From Alphaproteobacteria bacterium (GTDB lineage Bacteria; Pseudomonadota; Alphaproteobacteria; Bin95): 64,000 bases of DNA. The stretch is from contig OZ219787.1 of the NCBI GenBank assembly GCA_964291285.2, positions 2,080,001 through 2,144,000 of the forward strand, given 5' to 3'. This document shows positions 35,694 to 43,261 of the stretch, in pieces; position 1 is the first letter of the stretch, and every line of letters begins with the position of its first letter. The notes under the pieces are model-generated. The model did not search any database, had not been told where the DNA came from, and was given only the letters and a program-made list of their open reading frames with translations. The position numbers and the translations under genes were made by a program.

Positions 35694-37654
35694 TCCGCCC
35701 GCGGCCCGGCCCGCAAGGCCACGTCCCAGAACACCCTCAGGCCCTGCGGACCGGCATAGACGCCCTCGCCGTAGACCGTGCTGCCGGCCACCCGGCGCTT
35801 CACGGTATCGCTCGTCAGCCCGATCGAGGTGATTCCGGCCGCATCCAGACCTTGCAGTTCGTCCGGGTCGGTCTCGCCGTCCTGGTCGAGATCCCGCCAG
35901 ACGCCAAACATGCCCCACTCGGCATCGTTACGGTCGAGCTGCCCGTCGCGGTTCGTGTCGAAATGCCTGAGACCCTCCAGGTCCGTCTCGGCATTCTCGA
36001 CATAGGTCAGGAACGAGATCTCGTCGGGCTCCGAGATCACGCCGTCCTCGTTCTTGTCATAGACGAGGAACCCGTCATCCGGGGCCGCCCAGGCCATGCG
36101 CGTCCGGTAGCCGTCGCCATTGATGTCGAAAAACGCCGTCGAGTTTTCGAGCGGTACCAGCTCCACGCCGTCGCCGTCGAGATCGAGTATGATCGGCTTG
36201 CCGCCGTCGCCGCCGTTCGCGTTGCTGTCGTCGCCATTGTTGCCCTGATTGCCGCCGTTGGTATCGCTAGAGTCATCGCCCTCGGAATCCCCCGTGCCAG
36301 CCTGGCCGTCGGGGCCCATGCCGCCGCCGTCGTCGCTTGGCCCGTCGTCCTCAGGTCTCACGGGGTCGAGCGGTTCCGTGGGTCGTTGCGGCGGGTTCTG
36401 CGGCGGATTCTGAGGTGGATTCTGGGGCGGATTCTGGGGCGGGTTCTGGGGCGGGTTCTGAGGCGGGTTCTGAGGTGGGTTCTGAGGTGGGTTCTGAGGT
36501 GGGTTCTGCGGTGGCGTCGTGCAGTTGGGAGGCGTCCCTACCTGGCCCGGCGGACAACTGGGCGGCGGCGGCGTCCAGCAGCTGCAGCTCGAAACCGTGT
36601 TCACCAGCCGGTGCTGACCGTCAAGATTCGACGGCGTCCTCCCCGCTGCCGGATAGCGCGTCCGGATTTCCGGTTGGCCCGGCCGCAATACGAACACCCG
36701 GATTTCCGTGTTCTGCGCCCAGTGCTGGGTGCAGCTTCCGCTCGCTATCTGGCCCGGTGCGCAGGAGCAGGAGCATGACCGTGTCCAGGTATGCACCGGC
36801 CCGTCTTCCCAGGTGATCGTCGGCGGATTGATCGGCGTGGGCGGCACAGCCTGCGCATAGACGATCTGGCAGTTGCTCTCCCACCGGACCCAGTCCGTGC
36901 ATTGCCTTGCCTCCGGATCCCCTACCCGGTCTGCACAGTCCGCCGGCCAGGCCGGCGGCGACCCGGCAAGCTCGATCAGGTCGTTGCAATTCGGGTCCGA
37001 ACCCGGGCAGTTCGTCACCGCAGTTGTCTGGATCGGAATCCGTCGGCGCTCAATGAAGGTACCCGTATCCGGCGCAGGACAGGTCTGCGTCCGGTCCTGG
37101 TTCTCCCACCGAACCCCAACCGGCGTCAGCTTCGGATCGTCCACGCCCGCGACCAGCGCCACCCGGTCGCCCGTGGTCGATGGGACCGGCATGCATCCCG
37201 GCAGGCTGCCGTCCTCCCGGCCCCGCGACCCGGCATAGACTCGACCGCCGCGCGTGATGAGCTGCAGCCCGGTCCGCTCACCACCATATGTATAGGGTGC
37301 AACCTGCACCGCGCGTTGGTCCCGGCCGACGCCCTTCAGCTCGTCGCGGTCCGCATAGACAGCAAGAACTTCGTCACAGTAGCGCGCCGTGAGGCCCCGA
37401 TCCGTCCAGCTCTGCAGCCACCAGTCGCCCACCGGCGGAGCCGAGAGACCGTCCCACTCGTCTTCCCAGAGATCGCCGGCGTCCGTCACCCCGATCCGCG
37501 CCTCGACGCTCCGCCAGGCGTTCTCGATCGCCGACGCATGCCCGAGCGCTTCCTGTCGATCGATCCGGTCCGGATCGCCGCTCTGCGCCCATCCCTCAGA
37601 TGACGCAAACGCGAACAGCGCGGCCGCAACCGCGAGAACAGCCCGACGCCTCAT
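35690..37654 (-). CDS. Secreted Cys-rich protein with PPQN linker and C-terminal FrpC-like Ca-binding self-processing module
   Basis: Signal peptide; many Cys; (PPQN)10; KPIILDLDGDGVEL..FFDINGDG..AWAAPDDGFLVYDKNEDG..L..FDTNRDGQLD..VWRDLDQDGETDPDEL..L...GITSI. Confidence 0.8.
   Translation of the reverse strand: MRRRAVLAVAAALFAFASSEGWAQSGDPDRIDRQEALGHASAIENAWRSVEARIGVTDAGDLWEDEWDGLSAPPVGDWWLQSWTDRGLTARYCDEVLAVYADRDELKGVGRDQRAVQVAPYTYGGERTGLQLITRGGRVYAGSRGREDGSLPGCMPVPSTTGDRVALVAGVDDPKLTPVGVRWENQDRTQTCPAPDTGTFIERRRIPIQTTAVTNCPGSDPNCNDLIELAGSPPAWPADCADRVGDPEARQCTDWVRWESNCQIVYAQAVPPTPINPPTITWEDGPVHTWTRSCSCSCAPGQIASGSCTQHWAQNTEIRVFVLRPGQPEIRTRYPAAGRTPSNLDGQHRLVNTVSSCSCWTPPPPSCPPGQVGTPPNCTTPPQNPPQNPPQNPPQNPPQNPPQNPPQNPPQNPPQNPPQNPPQRPTEPLDPVRPEDDGPSDDGGGMGPDGQAGTGDSEGDDSSDTNGGNQGNNGDDSNANGGDGGKPIILDLDGDGVELVPLENSTAFFDINGDGYRTRMAWAAPDDGFLVYDKNEDGVISEPDEISFLTYVENAETDLEGLRHFDTNRDGQLDRNDAEWGMFGVWRDLDQDGETDPDELQGLDAAGITSIGLTSDTVKRRVAGSTVYGEGVYAGPQGLRVFWDVALRAGPRAE
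36383..36514 (-). repeat. 12-bp coding tandem repeat, 10 x PPQN plus 1 x PPQR
   Basis: Units such as GTTCTGAGGTGG / ATTCTGGGGCGG on the + strand, varying at synonymous sites. Confidence 0.95.
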
Positions 37655-38940
37655 CCTGCCGTCTCCCTTTCGCCCGCCCGCGAAGCGACCGGAACCGTCA
37701 ACTTCATGAACTCGTCTTCGAACATGTTGCGGGGCTTCACCCGGCGGCCCTCGAACACCCATTCGCCGTTCTCATGCACCGCAGAGACCACTTCGAGCCC
37801 GTCTATGGTCACGAGCATCGACACGGCGTCCGCGAGCGTGCGGGTCGTCTTCAGAATCACTTCGCGCTTCTTCTTCCAGTGGTATTCGACCGTGAATCCC
37901 CGGAGCGAAAACGTCCCGTCCACCCGGGCCCGGAACAGCTTCGTCTTCGGCCGCTTCCCTTTCCCGGCAAGCGCCATCACCTGGGGCAGCGGTTCCACGG
38001 CAACCACCTGCCCCTTATCCTTCACGCCGGCCCAATACCAAGTCTCCAGCAACTGCTCCGCGAGGCGGCCGTAGACACGGGCCGGGAGAGGGTCCCGCAG
38101 CTTCCAGCGCACCTCGAGTACCGGCCGCTTCTTCAGCTTCTTCGGAGCGTCCGTCTTCGTCCGGTCGAAGGCCGAATGGCAACGCACAGACACCCGGTCG
38201 AAGCCGGCAAGCCACAGTTCGCGGCGCGCGAGCTCGTCGCGGCAATGGGTCAGGAACCGGTGCGTATCGACCGCCACCCGCACCTTCGGGGGTTCCTTCT
38301 CTTCCTCCGCCAGACCCGCCCAGAGAAGCAGGCGGTCCTGGTTGTTCCATCCCCACCAGCCGGCCCCGACGACCGCAACCAGGGCAGCCGCCCACGCCAT
38401 GCGCTTCCTCGTCCAGCCGCTCTTGGGAATTGCCTTCAGGGCATCCACCCCATCGGCAGCCTTCACGATGCCGGCGTCTTCAATGATCGCGTCGACCTTG
38501 GCCCTCAGCTCGTCCTTGAACCGACCGGCCAGGCCGCCCGTCGCCACGACCAGCACCTCGTCTTCGACCGCCGCGTCGCCAAGTGCCTCCAGAGCCTCCG
38601 ACAGATCGCCAAACACCCCGTCCGAAAGCAGCAGCCCGCCGTAGCACCGGACGACCCCGAGCCGCCGCTCGGCGCCCTCATCGCCGTCCTCCTCGACGAA
38701 CGCGATCCAGTTCGTCGCGTCCTCGCGGCCTCGCAACAACATCGCGAGCGCGCCGGCGAGCGGCTTCGTTCCATCGGCGCCGTCGATGTCTTCGCCAAAG
38801 CCGGTCTGCCCCGAGACGTTCACCGAAAGTGGACGCTTGCGCTGTCGCGCGACCCGACGCGCCGCGCCCCCGCGCACCAGCCCCCGGTCCCATTCGAGAC
38901 CGGCCGCAAAGCGGAACCCGCCGATCCAGAGAACGCTCAC
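37651..38940 (-). CDS. pilO: PilO-like pilin accessory protein
   Basis: N-terminal FAAGLEW, SDGVF, central TM; GTG overlaps the pilN stop. Confidence 0.75.
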   Translation of the reverse strand: MSVLWIGGFRFAAGLEWDRGLVRGGAARRVARQRKRPLSVNVSGQTGFGEDIDGADGTKPLAGALAMLLRGREDATNWIAFVEEDGDEGAERRLGVVRCYGGLLLSDGVFGDLSEALEALGDAAVEDEVLVVATGGLAGRFKDELRAKVDAIIEDAGIVKAADGVDALKAIPKSGWTRKRMAWAAALVAVVGAGWWGWNNQDRLLLWAGLAEEEKEPPKVRVAVDTHRFLTHCRDELARRELWLAGFDRVSVRCHSAFDRTKTDAPKKLKKRPVLEVRWKLRDPLPARVYGRLAEQLLETWYWAGVKDKGQVVAVEPLPQVMALAGKGKRPKTKLFRARVDGTFSLRGFTVEYHWKKKREVILKTTRTLADAVSMLVTIDGLEVVSAVHENGEWVFEGRRVKPRNMFEDEFMKLTVPVASRAGERETAG

Positions 38941-39246
38941 GCCCCGGAACCCCACTCCGAAATCCCGAGCGGCTCACCGATATCGGCCGTGACCAGCATC
39001 ACCAGCTCTGTCCGGTCGCCGCCGGATTTGCGGACACCCTCCGGCAGCGGCAGAAAGGACAGGAACGTCCCGGACTCTGTCTCCCTGGTGGACCGGTCCG
39101 AAAATCCTGTCAGAAGAAGAGTCTGGCCCTCGGCTATCCGCAGCGTCGAAACGCTGGCCCGCCGCCCGCCGGTCGGGAGCTGGATCGCGTTCCCGCCCGA
39201 TCCGAACTCCGCGAACTCGTGCGGGTCCTGAATGGTTGCAGTAATG
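38937..39246 (-). pseudogene. pilN: 3' fragment of PilN-type secretin, cut by IS1595
   Basis: Manual translation ITATIQDPHEFAEFGSGGNAIQLPT..LRIAEGQTLLLTGFSDR..G..RTELVMLVTA..*; abuts the IS1595 IR. Confidence 0.85.
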
Positions 39247-39361
39247 GGGGATTATCCGTTTGACTAAATATCAGCCCGTCTCCTAGCCTGTGCTCTTCAC
39301 AGCGGGAGATCAAGCATGGCGAGGAAATCTGATAGGGTAGAAGGCAGGCGACGCAGCGGCG

Positions 39362-40630
39362 ACGCAGGAAGCCAACTGGCGCAACCGCACCATCTGGACG
39401 CGCGACAATCTCCATGTCCTGAGAGGCATGAACAGCGCCACGGTCGATCTCATCTATCTCGACCCGCCCTTCAACTCCAACCGCACCTATAGCGCACCCA
39501 TAGGCTCGGAGGCGGCCGGGGCTGCCTTCAAGGACTCATGGACCTTCGACGACGCGGACCGCGTCTATCTGGCACTGCTGCAAGAGCGTGACCCGACGAC
39601 TTTCGCCATAATCGACGCGGCCCGGCTGGCGCACGGGCGCGGCATGGCGGCCTATCTCGGCATGATGGCGCAACGCCTCGTCGAAATGCGGCGTGTCCTG
39701 AAGCCGACCGGCAGCATCTATCTGCATTGTGACCCGTTCGCGTCGCATTATCTCAAGATGCTCATGGACGCGATTTTCGGACGCCTTAATCACCGGAACG
39801 AGATTATCTGGTGCTATACTGGCCCCGGCTCACCGCATATGCGCCAGTTCAACCGAAAGCACGATACAATCCACTGGTATTCAGTCGGCGAGACATGGAC
39901 CTTCAATGCCGACGCCGTGCGTATTCAGCACCATGGCAAGACCAAGGCGAATTTCAAAGACGGTTTGCGCGGTTCTGGATTTATCGAGGGCGAATATGGG
40001 CTGACGGACGGCAAAGTCCCTGAAACATGGTGGCCGCAAGAGAAAGGAAATGGACTCGCCATAGCGCCCCGCCAAAAGGCGCAATATGTCGGCTATCCGA
40101 CGCAGAAGCCGCTTGCCCTTCTGGACCGCATCATCAAGGCGTCGAGTAACGAGGGCGATGTCGTGCTGGACCCATTTTGCGGTTGCGCGACGGCCGCCGT
40201 GGCGGCGGAGCGGCTACAGCGCCAGTGGATCGGCATCGACATTTCCGCGAAGGCGGCCGAGCTCGTCACGACGCGCCTGCAAGGCATCCTCGACGAAATC
40301 CCGCTCTACAAGACCGGCGATGTTGTCCACAGGACGGACCAGCCGGGCCGCACGGACCTGGGAGACCTTCCCCACTACCGGACGCACCTGGACTTGCTCT
40401 ACGGCCAGCAGGAAGGCTTTTGCGGCGGTTGCGGGGAGCATTTCCGCAAGCGCAATCTGACGGTGGACCATATCGTCCCGCAAGCGCATGGCGGGACCGA
40501 CCACCTTGAGAACCTTTGGCTGCTGTGCGGCGCCTGCAATTCGTCGAAGGGAACGCGCTCGCAAGAGCAATTCCTGAAAGAGCGTATGCAGAAGCGCGCC
40601 GCCCTGTTCCCGTGGCTGATAGAGGCGTGA
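39362..40630 (+). CDS. N6A/N4C DNA methyltransferase (beta class) fused to a C-terminal HNH endonuclease; first ATG at 39428, conserved sequence begins about 39371
   Basis: TIWTRDNL, DPPF, LKPTGS, YPTQKP, LDPFCGCAT; CGGC..VDHIVP..GG.D..NL.LLCGACNSSKG. Confidence 0.9.
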   Translation, partial: TQEANWRNRTIWTRDNLHVLRGMNSATVDLIYLDPPFNSNRTYSAPIGSEAAGAAFKDSWTFDDADRVYLALLQERDPTTFAIIDAARLAHGRGMAAYLGMMAQRLVEMRRVLKPTGSIYLHCDPFASHYLKMLMDAIFGRLNHRNEIIWCYTGPGSPHMRQFNRKHDTIHWYSVGETWTFNADAVRIQHHGKTKANFKDGLRGSGFIEGEYGLTDGKVPETWWPQEKGNGLAIAPRQKAQYVGYPTQKPLALLDRIIKASSNEGDVVLDPFCGCATAAVAAERLQRQWIGIDISAKAAELVTTRLQGILDEIPLYKTGDVVHRTDQPGRTDLGDLPHYRTHLDLLYGQQEGFCGGCGEHFRKRNLTVDHIVPQAHGGTDHLENLWLLCGACNSSKGTRSQEQFLKERMQKRAALFPWLIEA

Positions 40631-41599
40631 CTAGTATGGCCGCGCCCCGCTCGCCAGCCCGTTCTCGGCAATCAGCCGGGCGTAGGTCAGGCGCTTCCCG
40701 ACCATGCCGGCCGCCAGTCCCGCCATTTGTGCCAGCGTCCCGGCTTCGCGGATGTTGTGCCGCCCGGCGAACTCCGCGATGTAGCGGTGAAGGTGCTTCG
40801 GCGAGAACTTGTGATAGACGCCCTTGTGCGCCCGCTTCAACATGGCCCAGAAGCTCTCGATCCCGTTGGTATGCGCCTGCTGGCGGACATACTCGCCAGC
40901 GGAGTGATTGACCGCTTCATGCTGAAACCACACTTGCAGCGCCCGATAGACCGTCGCCTCGTCCGAATAGACCGTCGTGCCGATGCGGGCGTTGTGAGCG
41001 GCGAAGCCTGCCAGCGACGGCGCGTCCGCGTGCTGGACATGGCGGGCGCGAACCTGCTTCGTGCCCCGGTCCTTCACGCCAACGACAATGTCCTTGCCGA
41101 CAGCGCCGCGACCCTCAAGGCTCTCCCGCTTCGCCTTGTGCATGTTCTTGCGCAGCCCGCCCAGATAGACCTCGTCCACCTCTACCGGCCCGTCCATGGG
41201 CGGCTCGTCGTCGCGCTTGAAGGCTTCGCGGATGCGCTGGAGCATGAACCATGCGGTTGCCTGCCGGACGCCTATGTCCCGGCCCAGCTTCACGCTGGAG
41301 ACGCCCTTGAGCGAAGTCAGGTGCAGGTAGATCGCCCAAACCCACTTGCGGAACGAGAGCTTGGACCGCTCCATGACGGTGCCGATGCGGACGCTGAAAT
41401 GCCGCTTGCAGCCGGGGCAGTAGTAGGGCATCGGCGGGTTGCCGGTGCATTCAATCGTCTCGGTATGGCCGCAGCGCGGGCAATGGCGACCGTTCGGCCA
41501 GACCTTCGCCTCAAACCATTCGCGGGCGCTTTCCTCGGTCGGGAACATCTCTCCCAACTCCATGATGGTCACGCCTTCGCGGTAGTGCTTGCCAGCCAT
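40631..41599 (-). CDS. IS1595-family transposase
   Basis: Zn ribbon CPRCG..CPGC, VEVDEVY, YSDE, VNHS, HTNGIESFW..LKR, YIAEF. Confidence 0.95.
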   Translation of the reverse strand: MAGKHYREGVTIMELGEMFPTEESAREWFEAKVWPNGRHCPRCGHTETIECTGNPPMPYYCPGCKRHFSVRIGTVMERSKLSFRKWVWAIYLHLTSLKGVSSVKLGRDIGVRQATAWFMLQRIREAFKRDDEPPMDGPVEVDEVYLGGLRKNMHKAKRESLEGRGAVGKDIVVGVKDRGTKQVRARHVQHADAPSLAGFAAHNARIGTTVYSDEATVYRALQVWFQHEAVNHSAGEYVRQQAHTNGIESFWAMLKRAHKGVYHKFSPKHLHRYIAEFAGRHNIREAGTLAQMAGLAAGMVGKRLTYARLIAENGLASGARPY

Positions 41600-41911
41600 G
41601 ACGGCCTCCGTTCCGACTGCTTGAGTCAGAATATGGGGACTCGCCGTCATTTAGTCAAGCGGATAATCCCCTTCGGATTCGGGAATTCGCAAGCGCGGCG
41701 CAAGCCGCCGCGGGTCGTTCAGGTCATGGCTCCCTCGGCTTGTTTTCTCAGTAGAGAGGGTTATATGGGGAACATACAGGCCATGTCAAGCCCTGCCGGC
41801 GGTTACGATTCGTTACGAAACCGCGCCCGGCCGACAAACGCCGGTTACCCGGCGGCGGCAGGCTCGCGGGCGTCCGGGCACGGGACCGGAAAATAAACAC
41901 GGGACGGAAGC

Positions 41912-43261
41912 GTGGGGCAGGAGTATTCTGGAGTCGCCGTGAATCCGCGCGATGCAGAGATCGTCCCCGCCGAGCCCGGGACGCTGACCGAAGGGACCGG
42001 CCGTCAGCCGCGCCGGAAGCCCCGGCGTTTGCGGCGGGCGCTGCTGCCCCTGCTGGTGCTGGGCGCGGGGATCGCGGCGTTCCTGGCGATGATGGCGACG
42101 CGCACCGCCATCCTGCCGGAAGCGCCGGGCGAGCGCGTCTGGGCGGTCGAGGCCGCCACCGTGGCGCTGGAGACGACCCGGCCGCGCATTCCGCTCTTCG
42201 GCCAGACGGTCGCCGGACGCTCGGTGGACCTGCGCCCGCTCGTGGCCGGCCGCGTGGCGGCGGTCGGGCCGGACTTCCGCGAAGGCGGCTACGTCGCCGA
42301 GGGCGACCTGCTGATCGCCATCGACCGCTTCGATTTCGAGACGGCGCTCGAACTCAGGACCGCTGAACTCGTCGAAGCCCGCGCGAGCCTCAGCGAGGTC
42401 GAGGCCGACCTGGCCGGCGCGCGCGACCAGCTGGACGAGGACGCGCGCCAGCTCGCCCTGCTCCGGCGCGAGGCCGACCGCCGGCGGCAACTGCGCGAGC
42501 GCGGCGCCATTTCGCAGAAGAGCCTGGATGACGCCGAGCTTGCGCTCAGCCGCCAGCAGCAGACCTCCAGCCAGCGGCGGAACGCCGTCGCGCGCTTCGC
42601 CGCCCGCGTCGAGCGCCAGCAGGCGGCGATCCGGCGCGCCGAGGCGGCGCTCGCCCGCGCGGAGCGCGACCTGGCCGAAACGCGGCTGACGGCACCCTTT
42701 TCCGGCTGGCTGGTCGATATCGGCGTCGAGGTCGGCAAGCAGGTCGGGACGGCCGAGCGCGTGGCCCGCCTCGTCGATGTCTCGCGGCTCGAAATCGGCG
42801 TGACGATCCCGAACGACGTGTTCGGCGAGCTGGATGCCGGGGACGGCGTGGTCGGCCGCCGGCTGGAGGCGGTCTGGCGGACCGGCGCCGCGGCCCGCAG
42901 CTTCCCCGCCCGGATCGCGCGCCTCGAAGGCGAGATCGACGCCGCCAGCGGCGGCATCGCCGCCTTCGCCAGCCTCGACGCCCTGCCGGAGGACACGCGG
43001 CTGCGCGCCGGCGCCTTCGTCGAGGTGTTTCTCGAAGGCCCGGAAATGCAGGACGCGGTGCGCCTGCCCGCCTCCGCGGTGTTCGACGGCGGGAGGGTCT
43101 ATCGCATCGGCACGGACGACAGGCTGGAGGCCGTCGAGGTCAGGGTCCGCGCCCGGGAGGGCGAAAGCCTGCTGGTGCAGGGGCCGCTCGAGGACGGCCA
43201 GCGCATCGTGCTGACGCGCTTCCCGGAGATCGCCCCCGGCGTCAGGGTCACCGTCCCTTGA
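41912..43261 (+). CDS. RND efflux membrane fusion protein
   Basis: TM anchor, V.GRV, GG.V..GDLL..ID, coiled hairpin, LTAPFSG. Confidence 0.9.
   Translation: MGQEYSGVAVNPRDAEIVPAEPGTLTEGTGRQPRRKPRRLRRALLPLLVLGAGIAAFLAMMATRTAILPEAPGERVWAVEAATVALETTRPRIPLFGQTVAGRSVDLRPLVAGRVAAVGPDFREGGYVAEGDLLIAIDRFDFETALELRTAELVEARASLSEVEADLAGARDQLDEDARQLALLRREADRRRQLRERGAISQKSLDDAELALSRQQQTSSQRRNAVARFAARVERQQAAIRRAEAALARAERDLAETRLTAPFSGWLVDIGVEVGKQVGTAERVARLVDVSRLEIGVTIPNDVFGELDAGDGVVGRRLEAVWRTGAAARSFPARIARLEGEIDAASGGIAAFASLDALPEDTRLRAGAFVEVFLEGPEMQDAVRLPASAVFDGGRVYRIGTDDRLEAVEVRVRAREGESLLVQGPLEDGQRIVLTRFPEIAPGVRVTVP

Larger units (their letters stand above)
1..39246 (-). mobile_element. Integrated Dot/Icm-like (MPF-I, type IVB) conjugative element remnant with a type IVb pilus operon; continues past the left edge, truncated on the right by IS1595
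   Basis: Continuous minus-strand run of tra/dot/icm and pil homologues in R64-like order, many ATGA/GTGA stop-start overlaps; no integrase, relaxase or att site in the window. Confidence 0.8.
39247..41671 (-). mobile_element. IS1595-family element (2425 bp) with a passenger methyltransferase-HNH gene
   Basis: 23-bp IRs GGGGATTATCCG(T/C)TTGACTAAAT (22/23) at 39247-39269 and 41649-41671; flanks do not match (no target duplication). Confidence 0.92.

Noticed and set aside
36383-36514. Possible CRISPR array
   Set aside because: Contiguous 12-bp units without spacers, in frame within a CDS; no cas genes
41672-41911. tRNA/att site or ncRNA at the element boundary
   Set aside because: No cloverleaf, integrase or recognisable RNA motif; only short GC hairpins
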